Below the pieces are notes generated by a model. It made no database searches and was not told where the DNA came from. It saw only the letters and a program-made list of their open reading frames with translations. A DNA stretch of 64,000 nt from Saccharofermentanales bacterium (GTDB lineage: Bacteria > Bacillota > Clostridia > Saccharofermentanales > DTU023), in assembly GCA_050945495.1 (NCBI GenBank), contig JBMNTA010000003.1:8761-72760 (forward strand), in the 5' to 3' direction. The stretch's first letter is position 1. Each line of letters opens with the position of its first letter. Below, one piece after another: positions 1-9,025 of this stretch. The translations under genes were made by a program, and so were the position numbers.

Positions 1-1
1 T

Positions 2-238
2 GCCGACGCCGGCAAGACGGTCTTGTTTTCGACGCACGTGCTGGAAGTCGCCGAGAAAATCTGCGATCGCCTGGGGATCATCGACGACGGCAAATTGCTC
101 TTCGTCGGAACCATCGATGAATTGAAAGCCAACCACGCCGAAGACGCGTCGCTCGAGTCGTTGTTCCTGCGCCTGGTCGGCGCCGCGGACGAGGACGAGA
201 CCGACGCCGTGGCGGCGAAGCTCGGCGACGATGCGTGA
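2..238 (+). CDS. ABC transporter ATP-binding protein, C-terminal fragment (5' end lies outside window)
   Basis: Frame is open from the window edge. Translation ..DAGKTVLFSTHVLEVAEKICDRLGIIDDGKL.. carries the H-loop (STH) region of ABC ATPases. The TGA at 236-238 overlaps a GTG of the next ORF. Confidence 0.8.
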   Translation, partial: ADAGKTVLFSTHVLEVAEKICDRLGIIDDGKLLFVGTIDELKANHAEDASLESLFLRLVGAADEDETDAVAAKLGDDA

Positions 239-252
239 GAGGACGGCGCATT

Positions 253-1977
253 ATGAAACAATACCTCACCGTCATGCGCCCGCTGTGGCACGAGATGCTC
301 GGCTCGCTCATACAGAGCCAGACCAACCGGCGGAAAAAGAAGAAGAAGAAAGCCTCGCGCGCCTCGACCGTCGCGCTCTTTGTCTTCCTGATGCTGGTCT
401 TCGCGATGTACTCCGTGCTCTTTGCGCTGCCGCTGTCCAATGCCCTGTATGAGACGGGCACGGCGGACGCCTTTTTGCAGTTCATCGCCATCATCGCCCC
501 CGCGTTCCTCATCGTGTTCGGCATCTTGCAGACGATCTCGATGATGTACCACGAAAGCGGAGTGCAGATCTTGCTGACCTTGCCCCTGAAGCCGTCGACC
601 ATCACCGCCGCGAAATTGACCCAATCGTTCATTCCGGTGGCCATGATGACCTTGTTGGCCTTCTTGCCGGGACTCATTACGCACGGCATCGTGACCGCGC
701 GACCGTGGCCGTATTACCTGCAAGTCTTGCCCATGATGCTCCTCGTCATGGTGGGCCCCTTCGCCGTCATGACGATCATCATCATGCTCCTCATGCGGTT
801 TACGAAATTCGCGCACAACAAAGACCGTTTTCAGCTGATCGCCTCGATCATTTCGATCGTCTTGGTGTTGGCCTTGGTGATTGTCATGAACCTGTCCACC
901 TCGTCGGAGGGAATCCCCGCACTGGAGGCGTTCGCGGACGGCACGCCGAAACCGGTGTTGAACGCGCTGAAATTCGTGCCGTCGTCTTGGCTCGGCGCCG
1001 CCATGCTGATGAACGCGGGCAACCTGAACACGCTGTGGTACGGGCTGGCCAATCTCGCCCTCGTCGCGCTGCTCGTCGGCCTCATGCTGTGGGCGGCCGA
1101 TCGCCTTTACCTGCCCGGCGTCCTCGGCATGCAAGGCGGAAGCCGCAAAAAACATGCCTTGACGGATCAGATGAAACACAAAGCGTTGCGAAGCGTCTCG
1201 CCGTATCGAGCGCTCGTGCGCAATGATTTCAGACTTTTGATGCGGACCCCGACGTTCTTTACGCAGACCATTCTGCCCGCGTTCCTCGTTCCGTTCTTCA
1301 TGATCATCATTTTCGTGATCGGCCTCGTCACCTCCTCGGCCGGCCAAGCCCAAGCCGCCGGCATGCTCGATATGATGCGGCTGCTCTTTGCCACCGGCGC
1401 CTGGCGCGAATCCGCCTGGATCATGGTGCTCGCGGTCACGGGCTTCAGCGCGATCACCTCGGGCTCGAGCATGATCTCCGCCTCGGCCGTCTCCCGACAA
1501 GGCGCCAACTTCACCTACGCGAAGACCATCCCCGTGCCGCCGCGCACGCAGGCGTTGGCATGGATGACGCCCGGGGTCGTCCTGGCCACCGCTTTGTGGC
1601 TGATTTTGGCCGTGGTGGTCGCGATCGTCTTCCGCTTGCCGTGGTATCTGGGATGCCTGCTCTTTGCCATCGGGTGGATCAACAATTACAACATTCAAAT
1701 GCTGGGCCTGTACGCCGACATGCGTTCGCCGTTTCTCAATTGGTCCCAGGAAATCGAACCCGTCAAAAATTCGAAAGGCGCCATGGTGCAAGCGCTCGGC
1801 ATGTTTGCGTACGTCGGCGCGCTCGTCGGCATCGCCTTCCTCGTCCGTTGGCTGTCGCACCACAACAGCGCCGTTATTTCGTACGTGGTGCTTGCCGTCA
1901 CGGTCGCGCTGGCATGGTTCGCGTCGTGGGCCGTGTTCCGTCGTTCGGAGATTTTGATCCATACGACTGATGTATAA
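253..1977 (+). CDS. Multi-pass membrane protein, putative ABC exporter permease
   Basis: About 575 aa, very hydrophobic with many predicted TM segments, directly downstream of and coupled to the ABC ATPase. ATG at 253 follows a GAGAGGA Shine-Dalgarno sequence (SD); an alternative GTG lies at 235. Lys-rich N-terminus (KKKKKK). Confidence 0.65.
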   Translation: MKQYLTVMRPLWHEMLGSLIQSQTNRRKKKKKKASRASTVALFVFLMLVFAMYSVLFALPLSNALYETGTADAFLQFIAIIAPAFLIVFGILQTISMMYHESGVQILLTLPLKPSTITAAKLTQSFIPVAMMTLLAFLPGLITHGIVTARPWPYYLQVLPMMLLVMVGPFAVMTIIIMLLMRFTKFAHNKDRFQLIASIISIVLVLALVIVMNLSTSSEGIPALEAFADGTPKPVLNALKFVPSSWLGAAMLMNAGNLNTLWYGLANLALVALLVGLMLWAADRLYLPGVLGMQGGSRKKHALTDQMKHKALRSVSPYRALVRNDFRLLMRTPTFFTQTILPAFLVPFFMIIIFVIGLVTSSAGQAQAAGMLDMMRLLFATGAWRESAWIMVLAVTGFSAITSGSSMISASAVSRQGANFTYAKTIPVPPRTQALAWMTPGVVLATALWLILAVVVAIVFRLPWYLGCLLFAIGWINNYNIQMLGLYADMRSPFLNWSQEIEPVKNSKGAMVQALGMFAYVGALVGIAFLVRWLSHHNSAVISYVVLAVTVALAWFASWAVFRRSEILIHTTDV

Positions 1978-2019
1978 TGGGCTCGGCTTCTTCGGCCCCG
2001 CATCATGAAAGGAGCAGCT

Positions 2020-3258
2020 ATGACACAGCTCAAAGGTAACCTCATTTTCGGCCAATCCGGCGGCCCCACGTCCGTCATCAACGCCAGTGCGATGGGCGTC
2101 TTTCTCGAAGCGCTGGATCACCCCGACATCATCCCCCACGTCTATGGCATGCGTCACGGCATCGAAGGGTTCTTGAAGGGCGAATTTTACGACATCGGCA
2201 AAGAAGATCGCTCGGAGCTCGAACTGCTCCGCGCCACCCCCTCATCGATCCTCGGCACCTGCCGCTACAAACTCGCCGACCCCGACGTCGACGACACCGA
2301 ATACCGACAACTCTTGGACCTGCTCCGTCGCCACGACATCCGCTACTTCTTTTACAACGGCGGCAACGACTCGATGGACACCTGCGATAAAATCGGCTAT
2401 TTCTTGAAAAAACACGACTACGCGTGCCGCGTCATCGGGATCCCGAAGACGGTCGACAACGACCTCATGGGCACGGATCACTGCCCCGGATTCGGCTCGG
2501 CCGCGCGTTACGTGGCGACCTCGATCGCCGAAGTCTGGCAAGATGCCCATTCGTACGACCTTCCGATGGTCGTCGTCTTCGAGGCCATGGGCCGTCACGC
2601 GGGATGGCTTGCCGGCGCCTCGGCGCTCGCCAACGTCGTCGGGCAAGGCCCGGACCTCATCTATCTGCCCGAACGCCCCTTTGACGTCGAGCAATTCGTC
2701 GAAGACACGCGCCGACTCGTCGACCGCCAAAAGATCGTCATGGTCTGCGTCTCCGAAGGCGTGTCGACGGCCGACGGCAAACTCTTGGCGGAAGCCCTCA
2801 GCGACCGTGCGACCGATGCGTTCGGTCACAAACAATTGGGTGGGGTCGCCGCGCTCTTGGCCGACGTCATCCAAGAACGCCTCGACGTGAAAGTCCGTGG
2901 CATCGAATTCTCGCTGCTTCAGCGCGCGGGGGCGCACCTCGCGTCGAAAACCGACGTCGATGAAGCGATCCTGGCCGGCCGCGCCGGCGTGCGCGCCGCC
3001 CTCGAAGGTCACAGCGGCGTCATGATGGGCTTCAAGCGTGTCAACGAGGATCCGTATCGCGCGGAGATCATTCACGTACCGTTGAATGACGTCGCGAACC
3101 ATGAGCGCACCGTGCCGGATGCGTGGATCAACGAGGCGGGCAATCACGTGACCGAGGAGTTCGTCGACTACGCCCTCCCCTTGATTCAGGGCGATGCCTA
3201 CGCGGTCACCGAACACGGTCTGCCGCGGCATGCGCGCTTGAAGAAGGTGCGCGTGTAA
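2020..3258 (+). CDS. pfk: 6-phosphofructokinase, probably pyrophosphate-dependent type
   Basis: AAAGGAG SD 5 nt before the ATG at 2020. PFK family motifs: GQSGGPTSVINAS, NGGNDSMDT (in place of GGDGS), IGIPKTVDNDL, PGFGSAA. About 412 aa. Confidence 0.85.
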   Translation: MTQLKGNLIFGQSGGPTSVINASAMGVFLEALDHPDIIPHVYGMRHGIEGFLKGEFYDIGKEDRSELELLRATPSSILGTCRYKLADPDVDDTEYRQLLDLLRRHDIRYFFYNGGNDSMDTCDKIGYFLKKHDYACRVIGIPKTVDNDLMGTDHCPGFGSAARYVATSIAEVWQDAHSYDLPMVVVFEAMGRHAGWLAGASALANVVGQGPDLIYLPERPFDVEQFVEDTRRLVDRQKIVMVCVSEGVSTADGKLLAEALSDRATDAFGHKQLGGVAALLADVIQERLDVKVRGIEFSLLQRAGAHLASKTDVDEAILAGRAGVRAALEGHSGVMMGFKRVNEDPYRAEIIHVPLNDVANHERTVPDAWINEAGNHVTEEFVDYALPLIQGDAYAVTEHGLPRHARLKKVRV

Positions 3259-3282
3259 ATTTCACGGTCTCGGATACGACAA

Positions 3283-3311
3283 GGGAGGCGCCGCGGCGCC
3301 TCCCTTTTTTG
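3283..3311 (+). terminator. Rho-independent terminator between convergent pfk and GH13 genes
   Basis: Perfect 10-bp-arm hairpin GGGAGGCGCC-GC-GGCGCCTCCC (3283-3304) followed by TTTTTT (3305-3310). An A-run lies on the other side, so it may also act weakly on the minus strand. Confidence 0.8.
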
Positions 3312-3330
3312 ATGGATCATGGACGACGGA

Positions 3331-5130
3331 TCAGGCGTCGTCCCACGTGATCTCGCCGTCGCCCGCACGGTCGATGTGCAACGTGACGGACGGTCGGTCG
3401 TCGATCGGACGGCCGAAGGCATCGCGGCCGTCCACGGCAAAGCGGCGCATCGTGATCGTCGCATCGGAGGCATCGAGAATGTCAAAGTACCCCGTTTGCA
3501 AGACGGGATGCGCGCATTTCAGGCGCAGGCAGTCGATTACCCGCGCGTTCGGTTCCGCATCCCACCGGTAGGTGCGTCGATTGTACGGATCGTCGCCCCC
3601 CTCCATGCCCAGTTCGTCGCCGTAATAGAGGGCGGTCGCGCCGGGAAACGCCAGCTGTAAGCGCGCGGCCGCGACGACGCGTCGCGGATCTCGGAGGGCG
3701 GTCGCAATGCGTACGGTGTCGTGACTTCCCAAAAGATTCATCTGCGTATAGAGGGCCTCCGCGGGCGTGACGGACACCATCTTCCGAAAGCGACGCGCGA
3801 GCGCCGTTCCCGAAATGTCGTCGTTCAAAAAATCGATGACCGCCTCGCGAAAGGTGTACCCCATGACGGCATCGTGCGTGCGTCCGAACAGGAAATCGCG
3901 GTGCGCGCCGTAGCTGATTTTCGAGGTCGGATCCTCCCATACTTCCCCGAGAATGAACGCATCGGGCTTGTGGCGTTTCACGCACGCACGCAAGCGTCGG
4001 AGGAACGGATCCGGCAACTCGTCCGAGACATCCAGGCGAAAACCGTCGCAGCCGAGACGCAACCAGTGGGCGAGCACGCCGTCGTCGCCGAAGATAAACG
4101 CCTGATAGCTCGCGTCCAACTCATTGACGTTCGGAAGCTCCGGGAAACCCCACCAGCACCGATACGGCGTCCCATGTTGACGCTCGGGATCTTCGTCGAA
4201 GGTGTACCACGCGGCAAAGGGCGACGGGACGCCGTCCGTGTACGCCTGCCATGCGCCGACCGTGTCGTAGCGTCCGTATCGATTGAAGTAGCGGCTGTCG
4301 GCGCCGGTGTGGCTCAGGGCGATGTCAAGGATGACCTTCATGCCCCGGGCATGTGCCGCGTCGCACAGAGCGCGAAGGTCGTCGGTCGTCCCCAGAAGCG
4401 GGTCGACCCGCAGGTAGTCTCCCGCATCGTAGCGATGATTCGATCGCGCTTCGAAGATGGGATTCAGGTAGAGGACCGATACGCCGAACGAGCGGAGGCG
4501 ATCGAGATGTTCCCGGATGCCCGACAACGTGCCGCCGAAGAAATCGCAGGCTTCGTAGCCCTTGGGCGGTTTGCCGCGGCGATCGACCTCGTCCTCCCAG
4601 CGATGATGCCAGATGCGTTCGGGACGCGCCTCGATCCACCGCAGAGCGCGGGCCTCGTCGAACGCGGATCCGCGCGCGAAGCGGTCCGGAAAAATCTGAT
4701 ACAAGACGGCGCCCTTCATCCAATCGGGCGTTGTGAAATCGGACGTCGTCACCGTGATTTGGAAGGCCGGGATCGGCGCACGGCCGTCAATCGCAAACGT
4801 GCGACTTGTCGGCAGCGTTTCGGCAAAATCGCGGTCGTCGGGAAAGCCCCAACGGTAACGGCCGTCGGCCAAACGCACCTCAAACCAGTAATAAAAAAGG
4901 CCCGCCTCCGGCATCGTCAGGGTCGCGGTGTACCCCGCGGCTTCCCGCGTCATGAGGACGTGACCTTCGTTGAAATCATTCAGTCCGTAAAGGTAAAAGC
5001 AGCGAACGGCGTCGACGTGGGCATCGTCGGATTCAACACGCACGCGAAGGTTCACGTGCGCGCCCGCGGGCACGGCGCCCTGCGGGGCGCGGTCGTCCGA
5101 AGACAGCGCGTCGTGTCGAATCGTCAGCAC
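3331..5130 (-). CDS. GH13 alpha-amylase-family glycosidase (neopullulanase/cyclomaltodextrinase-like), last gene of the glycogen operon
   Basis: GH13 catalytic regions: GFRLDVSDELP (nucleophile Asp), ILGEVWED (acid/base Glu), LLGSHDTVR. Has an N-terminal beta-domain. The start abuts the glgA stop (5132). Confidence 0.85.
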   Translation of the reverse strand: MLTIRHDALSSDDRAPQGAVPAGAHVNLRVRVESDDAHVDAVRCFYLYGLNDFNEGHVLMTREAAGYTATLTMPEAGLFYYWFEVRLADGRYRWGFPDDRDFAETLPTSRTFAIDGRAPIPAFQITVTTSDFTTPDWMKGAVLYQIFPDRFARGSAFDEARALRWIEARPERIWHHRWEDEVDRRGKPPKGYEACDFFGGTLSGIREHLDRLRSFGVSVLYLNPIFEARSNHRYDAGDYLRVDPLLGTTDDLRALCDAAHARGMKVILDIALSHTGADSRYFNRYGRYDTVGAWQAYTDGVPSPFAAWYTFDEDPERQHGTPYRCWWGFPELPNVNELDASYQAFIFGDDGVLAHWLRLGCDGFRLDVSDELPDPFLRRLRACVKRHKPDAFILGEVWEDPTSKISYGAHRDFLFGRTHDAVMGYTFREAVIDFLNDDISGTALARRFRKMVSVTPAEALYTQMNLLGSHDTVRIATALRDPRRVVAAARLQLAFPGATALYYGDELGMEGGDDPYNRRTYRWDAEPNARVIDCLRLKCAHPVLQTGYFDILDASDATITMRRFAVDGRDAFGRPIDDRPSVTLHIDRAGDGEITWDDA

Positions 5131-5131
5131 G

Positions 5132-6583
5132 TCAGGCCGGATCTCCCACGAGCCGTTCGTACAGTTCGACGTATTGTTTCGCCGACTTCGCCCAGGAATA
5201 ATCGCCGTCCATCGCGGTCTTCACGAGCGTCCGCCAGCTGTCCGGCTCTTCGTTGTAAACGCGCACCGCCTCTTTCGCCGTAAACAAGAGTTCATGGGCG
5301 TTGATGTTCAGGAACCCGAAGCCCGAACCGGTCTTTTCGTATCGATTGAACGGTTCGACCGTGTCGGCCAGCCCGCCCGTTTGGCGGACGATCGGGATCG
5401 TGCCGTAACGCATCGCAATCATCTGCGAGAGCCCGCACGGCTCGAAGATCGACGGCATCACGAAGATGTCGGCGCCGGCGTAAATGCGGCGCGCCAAATG
5501 GCGATCGTATTGGATCAGGGCGCGCATACGGTCGCGGTGGCGCCCCTCGACGTCCTGCAAGCGCTTTTCGTACGAGGGATCGCCCGTGCCGAGCAACACA
5601 AACTGGATGTCCTCTTCGAGCAATTCGTCGATGATGTGCAGCAACAAGTCGATGCCCTTTTGGTAGTCGAGCCGTGTAATCATCGCAAACAACGGTGTCT
5701 TCGCCGATTTCGGAAGGCCGACCTCTTCCTGCAACGCCCGTTTACAGACGGCCTTCCCCTTCGCCCACGACGACCGGGAGTAGTGTGCGGCAATCTCGGG
5801 ATCGGTCTTCGGGTTGTAAAGATCGGTATCGATGCCGTTCAAAATGCCCGTCACTTTTTGTTGATGTTCCGCCAATAGATGATTCAAGCCTTCGCCGTAG
5901 TAATCGGTCATGATCTCTTGGGCGTACGTCGGCGAGACCGTCGTCACGCGGTCGGCGTAGACGATCCCCGCCTTCAGAAAGTTCGGGGCGCCGTTTTGGA
6001 GCACGCCCCGCTCCGTCATGTACGCGTCGGGCAGATCCAAAAGATCTTGCACGGCCTCGCGACCGTGGAACCCCTGATGCTTCAGGTTGTGAATCGTCAA
6101 GACTTGCTTGACGTGCGTGTGGTAGCCGTGCGGATGATAGTCGTGGTCGAGCAAGACCGGCATCATCCCCGTCTGCCAATCGTTCAAGTGGAGGATGTCG
6201 GGCTCGAACCCCATCGGCTCGCCCATCGCCTCCAACACGGCGCGCTGAAAGAACGAGAAGCGTTCGATGTCAAACGCATAATCGATGTACAGGCTGTCGT
6301 GCCCGAAATAGAAATCGTTGTCGATCAAATAAACGGGGACGCCGTTCACCTCCATGGTGAACAGTCCCGAGTACATCGTGCGCCATCCGAGGCGTATCAT
6401 CGACCAGCGCAAAAATTGCAAGTCGGCCGCGTATTGCTCTTTGATGCGCTTGTAGAGCGGCATCGCGACGCGGACGTCGACCCCTTCGCGCCGCAGCGCT
6501 CGGGGCAGCGATCCCGCCACATCTCCGAGGCCGCCCGTGGCGGCCAACGGCACCAATTCCGAAGTGACAAATAAGACGTTCAT
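5132..6583 (-). CDS. glgA: Glycogen synthase (ADP-glucose type)
   Basis: N-terminus MNVLFVTSELVPLAATGGLGDV and C-terminal PSIFEPCGLSQMIAMRYGTIPIVRQTGGLADTV are hallmark GlgA motifs. Confidence 0.95.
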   Translation of the reverse strand: MNVLFVTSELVPLAATGGLGDVAGSLPRALRREGVDVRVAMPLYKRIKEQYAADLQFLRWSMIRLGWRTMYSGLFTMEVNGVPVYLIDNDFYFGHDSLYIDYAFDIERFSFFQRAVLEAMGEPMGFEPDILHLNDWQTGMMPVLLDHDYHPHGYHTHVKQVLTIHNLKHQGFHGREAVQDLLDLPDAYMTERGVLQNGAPNFLKAGIVYADRVTTVSPTYAQEIMTDYYGEGLNHLLAEHQQKVTGILNGIDTDLYNPKTDPEIAAHYSRSSWAKGKAVCKRALQEEVGLPKSAKTPLFAMITRLDYQKGIDLLLHIIDELLEEDIQFVLLGTGDPSYEKRLQDVEGRHRDRMRALIQYDRHLARRIYAGADIFVMPSIFEPCGLSQMIAMRYGTIPIVRQTGGLADTVEPFNRYEKTGSGFGFLNINAHELLFTAKEAVRVYNEEPDSWRTLVKTAMDGDYSWAKSAKQYVELYERLVGDPA

Positions 6584-6592
6584 CCGTAACTC

Positions 6593-7702
6593 CTACACAA
6601 TTGAGTTCTTGGCGATCGCGATCGGGAACCCCGCCTGGCCGAGCAGACGTCCGCCCACGCGCACCACGCTGTTTTTGTCGATGATGACATGATCGAGTTC
6701 GACGCCGTCCGAAATCTGCACATCCTGGAACAACACACAGTTCGACACCCGCGCATTGCGTCCGATGACGCAGCCGCGGAACAAAATGCTGTTCTCGACA
6801 TCGCCCATGATCTCGCAACCGTCGGACGCCAAGACGTTCGTGGCGATGCGATTGTCCGACGTCACGATGCACGGCGCCCGGTTCTTCGCCTTCGTGTAAA
6901 TCGGGCGTTCGCGGGAGAAAAGCGTCCGACGCACATCGTCGTCCAAGAGTTTCATCGATGATTCAAAGTAACTTGCGATGTCATCGATGCGCAGCAAAAG
7001 CGGCGTGTGTTCCATCGCGTGAATTTGCAGGCGCTGATGGTATTGCAAGAGGCCGACGATCGAGACGTCACCGACGCCGCGCGCCAATTGTTCGGTCAGG
7101 ATCTGTAAAAGCAGGCGGCGCGAAATCACGATCAAGCCGATGGCATTGGGGGCGTCCGGCGAATGCGGATAGTCGATCATGACGTCGCGCACCATGTCGT
7201 TTTCGTCGACATCGAGCGTCACGGAATGGGCGCTGCGAACGATGTCGTTGCGCGTATAGAGGACGGTCATGTCGGCGCCGGAGGCCGCGTGTTCGTCGAT
7301 CATGGGGCGATAATTTGCGTTGGTCACAAAATCGCTCGACGAGATGATGACGTACGGTTGACCGCCGTCTTCGACGTAGTCGATGATGCCTTGCGCATCG
7401 GTGCGGTCGGGCGTCCGCGTCACCGGGTTGACGTACGGCGGGATCAGATAGAGGCCTTGGCGGATCCGATCGAGGTCCCACCACGCGCCGGTGCCGATGT
7501 GGTCCATCAGCGACTTATACCGCGTCAAGGCGACGATGCCCACGCGACGGATGCCGCTGTTGACCATGTTCGACAGCGTGAAATCGATGATGCGGAAACG
7601 TCCGGCGAACGGCACGGCGGCCAGCGCGCGCGGCTCATCGAGCGGCGCCAACTTGACGCGCCGATTGTCGGTTAAGATCAAGCCCATGGCATTGGTTAAC
7701 AT
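6593..7702 (-). CDS. glgD: Glucose-1-phosphate adenylyltransferase, GlgD subunit
   Basis: Paralog of the upstream GlgC, 369 aa, with nucleotidyltransferase and left-handed beta-helix regions. Overlaps glgC by 7 nt. glgC-glgD order as in Firmicutes. Confidence 0.85.
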   Translation of the reverse strand: MLTNAMGLILTDNRRVKLAPLDEPRALAAVPFAGRFRIIDFTLSNMVNSGIRRVGIVALTRYKSLMDHIGTGAWWDLDRIRQGLYLIPPYVNPVTRTPDRTDAQGIIDYVEDGGQPYVIISSSDFVTNANYRPMIDEHAASGADMTVLYTRNDIVRSAHSVTLDVDENDMVRDVMIDYPHSPDAPNAIGLIVISRRLLLQILTEQLARGVGDVSIVGLLQYHQRLQIHAMEHTPLLLRIDDIASYFESSMKLLDDDVRRTLFSRERPIYTKAKNRAPCIVTSDNRIATNVLASDGCEIMGDVENSILFRGCVIGRNARVSNCVLFQDVQISDGVELDHVIIDKNSVVRVGGRLLGQAGFPIAIAKNSIV

Positions 7703-8976
7703 AGTTCCATCTCCCTTCGCATGAAGCGCGGCATCGCCGTGAATCGATCGGGATGGGCTTGGGCATGCTTCGGCCCGATCATGGAGTTGCCGACGATTTT
7801 AACGCCGCGGCGGATGACGAGTTCCGGAGCGAAGACGGTGATGCCGTCGTCGCAGAGCGGATCGATGAAGTCGTCGAGGCCGCCCGGAACGTCGGGCGTC
7901 GCGACCACGTCCTCTTCCACCACCGTGTTCATGCCCACGATGCAGCGTGTCAGCGTGGCCCCCGACTTGATGCGTGCGCCCGGCATGATGAGGGAATCGC
8001 GGATGACCGCCCCCTCCTCGATCACGACGTTGTAGCCGACAATGGAGCTCCGGCAGTCGCCGAAGATCTCGGACCCGTCCGTGACGGCGACGTTCTCCAC
8101 AAACGCGTTCCGTCCGATGTAATGCGAGGGACGCTGCGGGTTCTTCGAATAGATGGGCCACGTCATGTCGTGCAGATTGATCTGCTCCGGCGTGCGCAGA
8201 AGATCCATGTTGGAGTCCCAGAGCGACTGCACGGTGCCCACGTCTTTCCAATAGCCTTCGAAACGATGGGTGTAAACGCGCAAGCCTTCGGCGATCATCT
8301 TCGGAATGACGTCCCCCCCGAAGTCGTTTTTCGACGCGGGGTTTTGCTCATCTTCGATCAAGGTGCGGCGCAGGACATCCCATGAGAAGCAGTAGACGCC
8401 CATCGACGCCAAATTGTTCTTGGGCTCCGCCGGCTTTTCCTCAAATTCGACGACGCGGTCATCGTCGTCGGTGTTCATGATGCCGAAGCGCGAAGCGTCG
8501 CTCCACGCCACCTCGATGACGGCGATGGTCGCATCGGCCTGTTTCTCGATGTGCGTGGCAACCATCTTTCGATAATCCATCTTGTAAATGTGATCGCCCG
8601 AGAGAATGACGACGTACTTCGGATGATAGCTGTCGATGAACGGGATGTTTTGAAAAATCGCGTTCGCCGTCCCCTTGTACCAGTCGTTGCCCTCTTGGCT
8701 CAAGTACGGCGGCAGGACGTACATGCCGCCGCTGTTGCGGTCCAAATCCCACGAATGGCCGTTGCCGATGTACGAGTTCAATTCCAGCGGCTGATATTGC
8801 GTCAATACGCCGACCGCTTCAATGCCTGAGTTCATGCAGTTGCTGAGCGGAAAGTCGATGATGCGATACCGACTTCCGAACGGAACGGCCGGCTTCGCGA
8901 TAAACTCCGTCAGCACGCCCAGCCGTGATCCCTGCCCTCCGGCGAGAATCATGGCAATGGTGTCTTGTTTTGCCAT
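7696..8976 (-). CDS. glgC: Glucose-1-phosphate adenylyltransferase
   Basis: N-terminal [43 protein letters not shown] and the WYKGTANA motif. Confidence 0.95.
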   Translation of the reverse strand: MAKQDTIAMILAGGQGSRLGVLTEFIAKPAVPFGSRYRIIDFPLSNCMNSGIEAVGVLTQYQPLELNSYIGNGHSWDLDRNSGGMYVLPPYLSQEGNDWYKGTANAIFQNIPFIDSYHPKYVVILSGDHIYKMDYRKMVATHIEKQADATIAVIEVAWSDASRFGIMNTDDDDRVVEFEEKPAEPKNNLASMGVYCFSWDVLRRTLIEDEQNPASKNDFGGDVIPKMIAEGLRVYTHRFEGYWKDVGTVQSLWDSNMDLLRTPEQINLHDMTWPIYSKNPQRPSHYIGRNAFVENVAVTDGSEIFGDCRSSIVGYNVVIEEGAVIRDSLIMPGARIKSGATLTRCIVGMNTVVEEDVVATPDVPGGLDDFIDPLCDDGITVFAPELVIRRGVKIVGNSMIGPKHAQAHPDRFTAMPRFMRREMELC

Positions 8977-9025
8977 CGTTGCCTCCTTGGTTGGTCACGC
9001 GCGTGTTCGGTCGCGCGACGGTCGT

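Noticed and set aside
330-352. The A/G-rich run (aaaaagaagaagaagaaag) could be a slippery or phase-variable tract.
   Set aside because: It is a mixed AAA/AAG Lys-codon run rather than a homopolymer. It encodes a plausible cytoplasmic poly-Lys segment before the first TM. There is no alternative-frame ORF of note.
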